From positions 1 through 52,467 of IMG/VR virus record IMGVR_UViG_3300020042_007840: DNA of 52,467 bases. One strand, given 5' to 3'. How positions within the stretch are numbered: the stretch's first letter is position 1; each line of letters starts with the position of its first letter. This stretch comes from a virus. Its lineage: Duplodnaviria > Caudoviricetes. A program made the position numbers and the translations under genes. Shown here piece by piece: positions 35,203 to 44,546 of this stretch. Below the pieces are notes generated by a model that saw nothing but the letters and a program-made list of their open reading frames with translations, ran no database searches and had not been told where the DNA came from.

Positions 35203-35709
35203 TCACTTAGATTTAAACGCCTGACCGCCAAACCAGAAGCTCACGATACAGGCCCAGATGATCTGGGTTTCGTCATCCCACAGGTTGTCCAGCGCCACGG
35301 TGAATTCCACGTTTGTGTGCCATGCGTAGTAGAAGCCAAAGATTTCCACAAACATAAACATGGCAAACATGCCGTAGGTGATGACGCTTCTGGTGGCCGC
35401 ACGCATGTTGATGACCCAGGTGCTGGCCCCTTGGCCCAGAGCTATGTCGTGTGCATACAGGGCTTGGCGCTCCTGCATGGCCGTCTGGGCATTGGTGACT
35501 TCTGCGTTGATCTGAATCTGCTCGGTCTGGATGTGTTCAATGCGTTCCTGCGCTTCCAGACCAGCTTTCTTCAAGGTCAGTTCCCGCTCGGTCTGCATTG
35601 CGGCAAAGGCAATCTCATGTTTCTTGTCGGCCCGGTCTTGGAAGAATTCAAGGATTTTGGGCAGGCCCCCCATGAGGAAGCTGATTAGGGATGAGAATAG
35701 GGTTAACAT
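35203..35709 (-). CDS. Holin-like membrane protein
   Basis: TM segments, coiled coil, WV..MRAxxR and FWFG motifs. Confidence 0.65.
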   Translation of the reverse strand: MLTLFSSLISFLMGGLPKILEFFQDRADKKHEIAFAAMQTERELTLKKAGLEAQERIEHIQTEQIQINAEVTNAQTAMQERQALYAHDIALGQGASTWVINMRAATRSVITYGMFAMFMFVEIFGFYYAWHTNVEFTVALDNLWDDETQIIWACIVSFWFGGQAFKSK

Positions 35710-35997
35710 CTTTTTTTCTTTCCTCTTCAATTGATTTACGCAACTTCTCGACTTTTTCCATTTGCTGTCTGGCCTCTCGCCTCACCACCATCGTGTCCAT
35801 GTACATCATCCCCACAAGGGGAGCACCAGCACAAAGACCAGCGCAAACAGGACTAAGACCAGAAGGTATCCAAAAGACCCCGATGCTGAAGACTGATTAT
35901 CCACATTAGGCATATCAGGTATCCGATTACGAAAACCACCAGCAACGTTTCCAGCACCCTGTCCAGAATCTGATTTTTTAACCTTTGTCGCCGCCAT
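35648..35997 (-). pseudogene. Single-TM coiled-coil protein split by a 1-nt frameshift near 35820
   Basis: TM helix ...VLVLP continues as LVGMMYMDTMVVRREARQQMEKVEKLRK in the -1 frame. Confidence 0.5.
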
Positions 35998-36422
35998 GCT
36001 TTCACCCGCTTTTGGTACAGTTCCAGGGCCGCCTGTTCCGATTTCTGGTCTAAGAGCCGCTGGTACTCTTCTACGATGTCACGCCACATATCAGGCATTC
36101 CCATCTCCCAGCGCACCATTTTCTCAAGATCGGCGTAAAACTGCTTGGTCTGCCGCAGATACATCACATTGTCTATGGCTTGTGTGGCAAGGTCGTCTTT
36201 GATCCCCTTCTTTTGGTTGTCTTCCCGCTGGGCTTCGGCCTTCTCATGGCTGGCCTCCAACTCTGCGTGGCCCTTGAAGAAACTCGAAAGGGCTGTACCA
36301 ACCTCACCTGTGATCTTTGTCAGATCAGACCCGGTTTTCTTCAGGTCTTGGTAAACGCTGATGCAGCCCTTTATGCCCTCATATGCCCCTTTGCACAGGG
36401 CAAATGCCGTTATTGGATCAAT
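35853..36422 (-). CDS. Coiled-coil protein with C-terminal TM, probable ATT start
   Basis: Frame is open upstream to (I)DPITAFALCKGAYEGIK; GGAG lies 5 nt before ATT. Confidence 0.65.
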   Translation of the reverse strand: MDPITAFALCKGAYEGIKGCISVYQDLKKTGSDLTKITGEVGTALSSFFKGHAELEASHEKAEAQREDNQKKGIKDDLATQAIDNVMYLRQTKQFYADLEKMVRWEMGMPDMWRDIVEEYQRLLDQKSEQAALELYQKRVKAWRRQRLKNQILDRVLETLLVVFVIGYLICLMWIISLQHRGLLDTFWS

Positions 36423-36619
36423 GGCTGCTCCGCAGGCTTGGCTTCTTCAGGCATGGGAATCTGGGGGATGGCCTGTTCACGAATGGCCTGCACCAAGTCA
36501 GCGACTTGCTCATAAGGTGCTTTTGCCAGTGCAGCCAATACCATATTCACTGCGCCCAAGGGCAGTTCCAGTTTGATAGGGGTTGCCAGAGTTTCTTGTT
36601 CAGTCATGCGTTTCTCCAA
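36410..36619 (-). CDS. Small tail-fiber-associated protein
   Basis: L.L..VN.VLAAL...PY.QVA.L...I..QA.PQ. Confidence 0.7.
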   Translation of the reverse strand: MEKRMTEQETLATPIKLELPLGAVNMVLAALAKAPYEQVADLVQAIREQAIPQIPMPEEAKPAEQPLIQ

Positions 36620-36625
36620 AAAATA

Positions 36626-36838
36626 TCAAACCGAAGCCGCTTGCAAGGGAGCCAAGTCTTCAGTTGTCCAGAAATCCTTGGCGACCATGATCTTCAAATG
36701 CTCTTTGTTGCGGGACAGGCAGTCTGCCCACTCAGCATCGCTCATCATCTCTGGCTTGCCGCCATTGATGAGGTTCACGCTGTCCATTGCGGCACTGTAG
36801 TGCTGGGCGATTTGTTCTGCGGTGATTTCAATTTCCAT
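36626..36838 (-). CDS. Small tail-fiber-associated protein
   Basis: RBS AGGAG; directly after the fiber gene. Confidence 0.75.
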   Translation of the reverse strand: MEIEITAEQIAQHYSAAMDSVNLINGGKPEMMSDAEWADCLSRNKEHLKIMVAKDFWTTEDLAPLQAASV

Positions 36839-36840
36839 TT

Positions 36841-39207
36841 TTAAGCTCCTTGGTTAAGTTGAGATTTCAGGTTGTCAATTTCAGCCTTGAGTTCTTTGAT
36901 GGCGTTGACCAAATACCAAGTCAAGTTGTCTGCATTGACAGCCATCACCCCTGTGGTTTCGGTCTTGACGCAATCTGGCAATACTTCGTTGAGTTCTTGA
37001 GCAATCACACCAAGCTGAACACCAGACTTTTGAATGGCATCAGTTGGCTTGAGTTCTGCGTCAACTTCTTCTGGCAGACGATACTCAAAGTTCCGCACTT
37101 GGATGGCGGCGATCTTCTCAAGACCAATGTTGTTGTCAACAATGTTTTTCTTTATACGGCGGTCAGAGGTGGTTGACCAAGTAGATGCGTTGTTGCCTTG
37201 GTAAACAGCGCCAGCATTAGGGCTGATAAAGCCAGTATTAGCGCCTTTGCCCACTTGGTCTGTGCCCGTGCTAACAACCATCTCACTAGTAACGCCAGCC
37301 GCCGATGCCGTAGCAACTGCCCCAATATAAGTTCCATTCCCAGTTGTTATAACTTTTCCTGCTTCACGACCAATATATATTCCGTATGTGCCAGTTGTGT
37401 GGCTTTGACCAGCCAAATATCCAATGGCAACATTGCTCTGCCCCGTGCTGAGATTTTGCAAGGCATAGTCGCCAACCGCCGTGTTTAAATAAGATGCGCC
37501 GCCGCCAGCATATCCAAGGTTTCTATAACCCACGGCAACGTTTGAATATCCACCAGTCTGGCCTTTACCTGCACCAGCACCAACATATGTATTTGGGCCA
37601 ACAGTTGTGTCGTATCCAGCTTGATAACCAATTCCAGTAAGTCCAGAGCCTGTGAGGTTGACTATTAACGCTCTTCCGCCAAACGCTGTGTTGGTGGAGC
37701 CAGTGGTATTCCCACTCATCGTTTGTTCGCCAAATGAACAATTATCAGTGCCAGTTGAATTTGAATACAAGGACTGATAGCCTACGACAACATTCCTAGT
37801 GCCAGTTGTATTTGAATAAGATGCTTGATAACCCACAGAAGTGTTGTTTGAGGCTGTAGTGTTTAATCGCAACGAATCAACACCCACCGCAGTGTTGTAT
37901 AAACCCGTTGTATTTGTATATAAAGCTGTAGCGCCGACAGCCGTAATATTTGTTGCTGTTGTAGTTCCATATCCCGCCGCATAACCAATAAATGTGTTTT
38001 GAGTCCCAGAGGTATTTCCATAGCCAGCCCTCCAACCAAATGCGCTGTTGTAGTTTCCAGTGTTGGCTGTTAATGAAGAAACGCCAAAAGCCGAATTACC
38101 ATCGCCTGTCACATTCGAATACAAAGAACCCTGACCAAACGCTGTGACACTGCCCGTTGTATTGCTATACCCCGCCTGATAACCTACAGCAGTGTTGTTT
38201 GAGGCTGTGGTGTTTCCAGTTAGTGCGTAATCCCCCACGGCAGTGTTGTAGTTGCCAGATGTATTTCCAGAAAGCGCAAAGAATCCAAGTGCGCTGTTGT
38301 TGCTTCCACTTGTATTTGCAAACAATGTTTTATGTCCAAGGCCTGTCAGCGTGTTTGATCCAGAGCTGTTGTACCCAGACTGATAGCCCACCAATGTTAA
38401 AGAGGCGGAACTTGTGGTCTGTGTATATCCAGCTTGGTATCCAACAACAGTACTATTGGCTCCTGTCGTGTTAGCCTGTAAAGCACTAGCACCCACCGCA
38501 GTGTTGGTGGCTACAGCACCTGCACCACGGCCTACGGTGAGGCCTTGGATTACTGCACCAGCAGTTAGCGTAGAGACACCCGTAACACCCAAAGTTGTAG
38601 ATGCTGTGATGGAGGTGAATGCGCCTGTAGAAGCTGTAGATGCACCAACAGTGCCGTTAATGTTGATAGAAGCTGTGCCTGTTAAGTTAGTAACAGTACC
38701 GCTTGCTGGTGTGCCAAGAATAGCACCGTTACCCAATGTAGCTACGCCAGTAACACCCAATGTGCCAGTAACCGTCAAGTTTGTAAATGTTCCCACACCA
38801 GCGGTATTGCTTATCTTGATGAAGTCAGAGCCGTTCCACGCACAAACAGCAGACTCACCAGCAACAATCGTCACACCTGTTGTTGGGCCAACACCAACCA
38901 ACTTAACAGAAAAACCACCTGTCGTAGCGTTAATGATGGTGTAAATCTTTGACTGAGCAGGGGCCGTGATTGTGCGTAAAACCGTTCTTGCCCCCGAACA
39001 CAACAAAATAGCTTGTCGTGCCTGATTGGAAGCAAGAGTTGTAGTGGTGAGTGTTACGTCAGCATCTGACGAAAGCGTGGTTGTTCCTGCAATAGCCGTG
39101 TCCAGCAATGATGTGATGCTGTTGTTGACCGTGTCGCCCCATGTACCACTTAGCTCTCCCGTGACCGGAAGGCCCAAACCCAATAGTGATGTTGCTGCTG
39201 TTGCCAT
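36841..39207 (-). CDS. Tail fiber/spike with beta-helix repeats and C-terminal intramolecular chaperone (peptidase S74)
   Basis: About 14-aa NTAVG..AL repeats; SDRRIKKNI...GVIAQE...LVNAIKEL. Confidence 0.9.
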   Translation of the reverse strand: MATAATSLLGLGLPVTGELSGTWGDTVNNSITSLLDTAIAGTTTLSSDADVTLTTTTLASNQARQAILLCSGARTVLRTITAPAQSKIYTIINATTGGFSVKLVGVGPTTGVTIVAGESAVCAWNGSDFIKISNTAGVGTFTNLTVTGTLGVTGVATLGNGAILGTPASGTVTNLTGTASININGTVGASTASTGAFTSITASTTLGVTGVSTLTAGAVIQGLTVGRGAGAVATNTAVGASALQANTTGANSTVVGYQAGYTQTTSSASLTLVGYQSGYNSSGSNTLTGLGHKTLFANTSGSNNSALGFFALSGNTSGNYNTAVGDYALTGNTTASNNTAVGYQAGYSNTTGSVTAFGQGSLYSNVTGDGNSAFGVSSLTANTGNYNSAFGWRAGYGNTSGTQNTFIGYAAGYGTTTATNITAVGATALYTNTTGLYNTAVGVDSLRLNTTASNNTSVGYQASYSNTTGTRNVVVGYQSLYSNSTGTDNCSFGEQTMSGNTTGSTNTAFGGRALIVNLTGSGLTGIGYQAGYDTTVGPNTYVGAGAGKGQTGGYSNVAVGYRNLGYAGGGASYLNTAVGDYALQNLSTGQSNVAIGYLAGQSHTTGTYGIYIGREAGKVITTGNGTYIGAVATASAAGVTSEMVVSTGTDQVGKGANTGFISPNAGAVYQGNNASTWSTTSDRRIKKNIVDNNIGLEKIAAIQVRNFEYRLPEEVDAELKPTDAIQKSGVQLGVIAQELNEVLPDCVKTETTGVMAVNADNLTWYLVNAIKELKAEIDNLKSQLNQGA

Positions 39208-39216
39208 GTTTAAACC

Positions 39217-39873
39217 TCAAGTTACGACTTCTGCCCAAGCAGGGGTCTGTGCGTCTGAAACATCTCCCCAGCCGGGAGTCTGCGGATTGCTGATATTTTG
39301 CCATGAAGGTGTCTGCGTGTCATCTATGATTTTCCAATAGACAGCAATCACATCACCCACTGATCCTGTTGCGTTTACACCTGTCAGGGCAACCAACTGG
39401 TTAAGCCCAACTGCCTCAACATTGCCGGTTGCCGCACTGCCCGTTATCTCAATCACCGCCCCGCCGTGGGTAACGGTACCAACCGCTCCAGCCGCAGAAA
39501 CGCCCGTCAGGGCAACTGATAGGGCTACCCCTACACTGCCAACCTCACCAAACGCAATGTCGCCATCCTCACCCTCTGAGGTGCTGGGAGCCATCGCCCC
39601 AACTGCACCCGAGGCTGATACCCCGGTAAGGGCCAATGACCTCTCTGCAATCGTTATTGTGCCAACTGATCCAGCAGCCGATACGCCCGTCAGGGCAATC
39701 GTTATGGCTGGGGTGGCCGTCCCTACGGCCCCAGAAGTGTTTACACCGGATAGGGCAACGCTTCTACTAGGCGTGACTGAGCCGGGGGTTCCGGTTGCCG
39801 CAACACCCGTAAGGGTGATTTCACCAATGCCCCAAGTGCCGCTGCCCCAAGTGCCGCTGCCCCACCCAGCCAT
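39217..39873 (-). CDS. Virion protein with LTGVxAxGxVG repeats
   Basis: WG repeats, about 22-aa repeats and QTPxW repeats. Confidence 0.75.
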   Translation of the reverse strand: MAGWGSGTWGSGTWGIGEITLTGVAATGTPGSVTPSRSVALSGVNTSGAVGTATPAITIALTGVSAAGSVGTITIAERSLALTGVSASGAVGAMAPSTSEGEDGDIAFGEVGSVGVALSVALTGVSAAGAVGTVTHGGAVIEITGSAATGNVEAVGLNQLVALTGVNATGSVGDVIAVYWKIIDDTQTPSWQNISNPQTPGWGDVSDAQTPAWAEVVT

Positions 39874-39884
39874 GATCTACCCCT

Positions 39885-40376
39885 TTAGGTGGTAGCCAAA
39901 CGCAACAGAGCAGTCGAAGTCGTGTTGGAGGGCATCGTCAAGGTGAAGGTTCCAGCCGTGATCGTCTGGGAGCCAAAGGTGTGGACACTGATTGCCTTGA
40001 GAGACTGCGTAAAGTTGTAAATCAACACACAGTCAAACGCAGTGGTCAAAGTCACCGTGGTATAGGTGATTGATGCCGAAGGTGTGAAGAAGGCCACACC
40101 TGCGGTTGCCGAACTGTTGGTTGAAGTTGGGGCCGTGGCGTTTGTTACCGTTACGCCGCCAGCCGTATAACCTGTTCCAGACACTTCACCTGTAGCCGCA
40201 TATACTGTCGTGGCCGCATTAATAGTTGCTGATGTCAAAAACAGCGCCGCTTTGAGCGTATCTGTAGTTGGCGCAGTCAAGCTGGTGCGTGAGACAAGCG
40301 TTGCAGTGCCAAGTTGATGTTCGCCAAGCATAAGCTGGCTCATAAACGAAGTACACATTGATTGGGTATTTGCCAT
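39885..40376 (-). CDS. Virion structural protein
   Basis: TSF..L, EVSGTGYTAGG and LIYN motifs; paralog of 40571-40990. Confidence 0.75.
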   Translation of the reverse strand: MANTQSMCTSFMSQLMLGEHQLGTATLVSRTSLTAPTTDTLKAALFLTSATINAATTVYAATGEVSGTGYTAGGVTVTNATAPTSTNSSATAGVAFFTPSASITYTTVTLTTAFDCVLIYNFTQSLKAISVHTFGSQTITAGTFTLTMPSNTTSTALLRLATT

Positions 40377-40385
40377 GATAGTTCC

Positions 40386-40574
40386 TTAAAAAGATGCCAC
40401 TGCGCTAGTGAGCGTTACAGTTTTCTTCAACTGGACATGGGCAGAACGATGTACAAGTTCGCCCTCCAACCAATACTCAACCCAAGTAGTCAGTTCATTG
40501 TCATTGTCCACGGTTCCTTCCCGCTTCTCAAGCAAGGAATCGTCCATTTCGCCTTTGGTGGTTGTGACTATCAA
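40386..40574 (-). CDS. Small hypothetical protein
   Basis: ORF in the late operon; WVEYWL.GELVHRS. Confidence 0.7.
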   Translation of the reverse strand: MIVTTTKGEMDDSLLEKREGTVDNDNELTTWVEYWLEGELVHRSAHVQLKKTVTLTSAVASF

Positions 40575-40990
40575 TTTGAACTCCTGATCAATGCTGTGGT
40601 TGATGTGTTGGCTGGCATCGTGATTAAAAACGTGGTGACCGATGTTTTGTCAGACCCAAAGTCCAGAACGGCCACCGATTTGTTACCCTGGGTTGAGTTG
40701 TAGATCAAGGCACACCGGGCCGTGATTACACCCGTCCAAGATACATTGTCAAAGCCTACATAGGCCGTGTAGTCGGATGTGCTGACGGTGATGCCGGTCA
40801 TTGTTGCCCCACCAGCCACATAAGTGCCTGTGGCTGCTACCTCATTGGTTGCCGAATACACCGTTGTGCCTTCGTTTAAACTTGCATTAGCTGTATACAG
40901 GGCGATCTTGATCACATCCGTGGTCAAGTCATGGATGCCCTGATAAAGCTCCGCTTTGAAGCTAGTGGTTTGGGTTTGGACAATTGACAT
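40571..40990 (-). CDS. Virion structural protein
   Basis: TSFKAEL..G.HD, ALIYN and VLDFG motifs. Confidence 0.75.
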   Translation of the reverse strand: MSIVQTQTTSFKAELYQGIHDLTTDVIKIALYTANASLNEGTTVYSATNEVAATGTYVAGGATMTGITVSTSDYTAYVGFDNVSWTGVITARCALIYNSTQGNKSVAVLDFGSDKTSVTTFLITMPANTSTTALIRSSN

Positions 40991-41835
40991 TAACTTACCT
41001 GAACCCTAACCTGACCATCACGATAAGCATCTTGGCGCTGTTTGCCATCACCCAAGTTCTTGAGCAGGGCAATTGACTGAACGTACCGTTGATTGATCAA
41101 GGCAACCATATCAGGCTCGCCCTTCATGTAGGTAACGGCCTCACACAAAGTTCCGTACAACAGCGCAGAATCAAAGTTGTCGCCCAACCATGTGGTTGAC
41201 GCAGTCACGATGGACTCTGGGTAGTAGTAATAATGCAACTCAGCACTGTATGCGCTGTTTGGGGTTGGGCCAACAATGAACGTCAACTCATTTTCATTTA
41301 TGGACTGAGGGCCAAATATGGCGTAATGTTTTGGCTCAGATGATACGGCTGACAAAGGATAAGCCTCACGGATGAAGTTAACATCCTTGTTCAGCAGGTA
41401 CAGGTAGTCGCCTTGAAACAGAACCGCACCCGACACCGTCCCGCTGTTCACCACGGACAAGGTAATTGTTGTACTGGAGATTCCCCGAACTGTGGCATTT
41501 GTTCCAATATTAGAACCCGTGACCTGTTGACCAACAGCGATACCAGTGGTCGAGGCAACAACAATGGTCTTTGCCCCGGATGTGCCGGTGGCGGTTGTGC
41601 TGTTGGACGGAAACACGGCAAGGCTGTACACAGACAAGAAATCATCAGGACATGCCAAATACTTATTTCCAGACGTAAGCGTACCCGTCACGTTTGCACG
41701 CAAGTTTGCAATCTGGACAGTGTTGTATATACGCTGTTCGGCCTGCTTGATCATTGTGTTCATGTCCGTTGTGTCGAACGTGTTTTCACAATAATCGCTG
41801 ACAGCGACTACAAGCTGGGCATAAGTCAGTGCCAT
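40990..41835 (-). CDS. Head-tail adaptor (tubular protein A-like)
   Basis: TYAQL...I.QAE.RI, GPTP..Y..EL.Y and LLYG.L.EA..YMK. Confidence 0.75.
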   Translation of the reverse strand: MALTYAQLVVAVSDYCENTFDTTDMNTMIKQAEQRIYNTVQIANLRANVTGTLTSGNKYLACPDDFLSVYSLAVFPSNSTTATGTSGAKTIVVASTTGIAVGQQVTGSNIGTNATVRGISSTTITLSVVNSGTVSGAVLFQGDYLYLLNKDVNFIREAYPLSAVSSEPKHYAIFGPQSINENELTFIVGPTPNSAYSAELHYYYYPESIVTASTTWLGDNFDSALLYGTLCEAVTYMKGEPDMVALINQRYVQSIALLKNLGDGKQRQDAYRDGQVRVQVS

Positions 41836-41842
41836 ATAGACC

Positions 41843-42106
41843 TCAGGCCATTGGCCCTCTAGCCATCACACCTTTGGTGGCGGCTCCCGTCCCACGAATC
41901 TTGATACCGCTGGACTTAGGCTCAGAATATCCACTGCGGTTGATGTTCCCAACCGACATGTTTACATTCACAGCCTCGCTTCCGCTTGGCCCTTTGCCAG
42001 GGTTGCTAGAAATACCGGCCTTCTTGCCATCCATGGTGTGGGGTTCTGCATAGACGCTGGCATCACCAACCTCTTTGCCCATTACCTTTTTGCTGTATTT
42101 ACCCAT
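41843..42106 (-). CDS. Small basic protein ending RGTGAATKG...RGPMA
   Basis: ORF; Gly/Lys-rich C-terminus. Confidence 0.75.
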   Translation of the reverse strand: MGKYSKKVMGKEVGDASVYAEPHTMDGKKAGISSNPGKGPSGSEAVNVNMSVGNINRSGYSEPKSSGIKIRGTGAATKGVMARGPMA

Positions 42107-42282
42107 TATTTGCTCCCAGATTTCTGGTTCATTGCACGGGAAAGGTTCTTCCCATACGTCTTGCGATCCAAGCTGGTAGGGCCACCGGCCTTCATGCCTT
42201 TGGCATGCATGCGGGATTCATGGCCTTTGACCATTTTCTTGGCCTCTGTGTCGGCAATTGACTTAACCTGTTTCTTGTCCAT
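42106..42282 (-). CDS. Small basic protein, 58 aa, with MKAGG motif
   Basis: Translated by hand: MDKKQVK...MKAGGPTS...; RBS AGGAG. Confidence 0.7.
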   Translation of the reverse strand: MDKKQVKSIADTEAKKMVKGHESRMHAKGMKAGGPTSLDRKTYGKNLSRAMNQKSGSK

Positions 42283-42290
42283 ATCTACTC

Positions 42291-42680
42291 CTAAGTTACG
42301 CTGATTGATACTGTACCAACACTTGTCGTTCCAACCAAGTAGTTTGGCGTGAGTTCTACGTCAAAGAAACTGGAACCCCCTACAGGACTCCAACCCCACT
42401 GAATGTCTCGGGAACCACCAGATGGATTACCACTCACGTTTACACCTGATGTTACATACGTTGTGTCTGGGCGGGGCTGCATCACGGCCTGCGGATCATC
42501 AACCGGGTACATACCCAATTGAAGCTGCGGCTGATCTGGATCCCAGCACTCTGGACACACCTTGATCTGATACAGCTTGGTCTTGATAACTTCGTTTTTA
42601 AGCTGTTTGAGTTTAAACCTTTGACCACACCGGTCACACTCGGCAATTGAGTATTTACCTGATGCAAACCTGTTGCCCAT
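42291..42680 (-). CDS. Conserved phage protein with CxxC..CxxC zinc motif
   Basis: CDRCG...VCPECWD..QPQL. Confidence 0.75.
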   Translation of the reverse strand: MGNRFASGKYSIAECDRCGQRFKLKQLKNEVIKTKLYQIKVCPECWDPDQPQLQLGMYPVDDPQAVMQPRPDTTYVTSGVNVSGNPSGGSRDIQWGWSPVGGSSFFDVELTPNYLVGTTSVGTVSISVT

Positions 42681-42682
42681 TA

Positions 42683-43612
42683 TTAGCCACCAGATCCAAT
42701 GAATGACTGCCGGGGAACCAACCGCAAAGCGGCCTTCTCATGGTCTTCCCCTGCCGCCAGATTGAATTGCTCATCGTAGGTTGCCTTCAGCATATCCATG
42801 CGTCCCTGCAATTCAGGAACCTTCATGGCAATGTAGTAGGCCAGCCCCGCCACCACACATGGCAGGAAGCGAAAATTCATGTCAGCAGTCTCTACACCAG
42901 CCCCAGCATCTTGCACCCTACGCATGCGCCAGTACACAAACGTGTAAGTGGTGGTGTCATCAGGGGTGGGCCACACCGTCACGGCGGGAAGCTGGGGGAC
43001 ATATACAAGTGTCCCATCCACATGGCTGGCCGCAGTGGTGTTGGCCTGTGCCCGAAAGCAGTTACCCAAGACGTTGCCAGAGATGTAGTTGTAGTAGATG
43101 ACTTCGCTGTCCAGCTTGATGAACCCAGCCGCTGCCAAGCCCAGGACTGAATCCAGGGTGATGCTGGTGGCCGTGGCGGTAAGCGCACCGTTTAAAGCCA
43201 ATGCAGTCGCCCCAGTTTGACCTGAGTTGCGCTGAATCAGAACCTGGATAGGTCTGGCCTGGGTAAGCTTGTTGGGGATCGTGGCATAGGTGCTAACGCT
43301 TATGCGGGTGATAGTTAGGTCAGCCTGATTGGTCGTGGAGTTCTGACCCGTGCGGATCACATGCTCCAAGAGATCAATGGTGTCGTCTGGTAGGGCATAT
43401 GTGTTTAAACCAGCAGTAAGCTCAAAAGAACCTTGCTCGATTGTCCACATGTTTAAACCACGGTTTTGCCATTCAATGGTCATCAAATTCATGGAACGGC
43501 GTGCCGTCCTGAGATCATAGCCAGACCTCATTTCCCGACCCGCACGCTCCCAAGACTCCTCGGCTATCTCCGTGAAGTCCATGTCGAATATTGATGTCCC
43601 GGTGGTTGTCAT
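42683..43612 (-). CDS. Neck / head-completion protein
   Basis: GYDLRTARRSMNL..EWQNRGLN.W, WPTPD and RFLP..AGLAYY. Confidence 0.7.
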   Translation of the reverse strand: MTTTGTSIFDMDFTEIAEESWERAGREMRSGYDLRTARRSMNLMTIEWQNRGLNMWTIEQGSFELTAGLNTYALPDDTIDLLEHVIRTGQNSTTNQADLTITRISVSTYATIPNKLTQARPIQVLIQRNSGQTGATALALNGALTATATSITLDSVLGLAAAGFIKLDSEVIYYNYISGNVLGNCFRAQANTTAASHVDGTLVYVPQLPAVTVWPTPDDTTTYTFVYWRMRRVQDAGAGVETADMNFRFLPCVVAGLAYYIAMKVPELQGRMDMLKATYDEQFNLAAGEDHEKAALRLVPRQSFIGSGG

Positions 43613-43842
43613 CTAAATCCTGCCGTTTTCTTTGCTATTGCTTTGGGCTGGGCCACAAACTGCTTACCGCCTGCCTTGCCAGCACGCTTGGCTTTGGTGG
43701 TGGCCGCATACTCAGCAGAAGACAAAGACTTGATTGCCGCCTCGGGAAGATACCTCTCGCCTGTTTTTGACGAAGGCTTCCCCGACTTGGTGCGCCACTT
43801 CTGGTCACCCCAATTTTTTAAGGAAGTCTGTGGCGCTTTCAA
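43609..43842 (-). CDS. Small basic protein (DUF5872-like)
   Basis: QxSLKxW..QKWRTKSG...ERYLP. Confidence 0.7.
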   Translation of the reverse strand: MKAPQTSLKNWGDQKWRTKSGKPSSKTGERYLPEAAIKSLSSAEYAATTKAKRAGKAGGKQFVAQPKAIAKKTAGFR

Positions 43843-44120
43843 TCTTTGTACCCCCCGCCTGCGGCTTTGTACTTCTTGGCGACAAGTTGTGCTTTACGGG
43901 CTGACCATTGGCCTGCGCCCGTGCCTTGGGTTGCTGCCGCCTTTACACTGGACACGATCTTCTTGCGAAGGCCGGGTTTGGTGTAATTGCCTGCGGCATT
44001 AACCGTTCCACCGTCTTTATATTGAGTAAAGTCGGTATCGTCCCGGCGCTTCTTGCGCTTGCCACCGGGCATCTTGGAGGGGTTAATGTCCCCCATTCCA
44101 CGGCTGGGCAACATCAGCAC
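43839..44120 (-). CDS. Small basic protein
   Basis: SRGMG N-terminus, YKDGG and GQWSARKAQL..KYK..GGGY. Confidence 0.75.
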   Translation of the reverse strand: MLMLPSRGMGDINPSKMPGGKRKKRRDDTDFTQYKDGGTVNAAGNYTKPGLRKKIVSSVKAAATQGTGAGQWSARKAQLVAKKYKAAGGGYKD

Positions 44121-44536
44121 ATCTTCCCACGGGTCTTACCCCGTTGAGCAACGCCATCGGCACGGCTGGATGCAGTACCACCAGAGGCCATCTTCTTACC
44201 CATAGGGTTACGGTACATCAGAGCCGCACCACCTTTGGTTTCAGCGCTGGTAAATCCTGCCTTACGGGCTTTTTCAGAGAAAGAAGAATCGGCCTTTTTC
44301 TTGGCCTTGGGTTTGGGCTTAGGCTTAGTCCTCTCAGTCTCTGGGTTGTACAACTCACCTGTCTCAGGGTTTCGTTTGTAGTTCGATTTAATGCCAGTTT
44401 CTTCATCGATCACATCCTCACCCATGCCCATGTCTGCACGGGTTTCGGCTATTGCACCCATGCCGGTAGGTGCGGGACGCTCATCTTCGCCTACCAAGCT
44501 TTCGTCATCACCAGCGTAACGCTTCATTTTGTTCAT
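44114..44536 (-). CDS. Hypothetical protein with C-terminal ASSRADG..RGKTRG tag
   Basis: ORF; RBS AAGGAG. Confidence 0.75.
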   Translation of the reverse strand: MNKMKRYAGDDESLVGEDERPAPTGMGAIAETRADMGMGEDVIDEETGIKSNYKRNPETGELYNPETERTKPKPKPKAKKKADSSFSEKARKAGFTSAETKGGAALMYRNPMGKKMASGGTASSRADGVAQRGKTRGKMC

Positions 44537-44546
44537 TTTGAACTCC

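Noticed and set aside
35897-35905. Second perfect DnaA box TTATCCACA
   Set aside because: Isolated and inside coding sequence, so likely chance
36841-39207. Diversity-generating retroelement or invertible tail-fiber cassette
   Set aside because: No reverse transcriptase, invertase or template/variable repeat pair seen
39830-39865. 15-bp tandem repeat
   Set aside because: It simply encodes the WGSGT repeats of a virion protein
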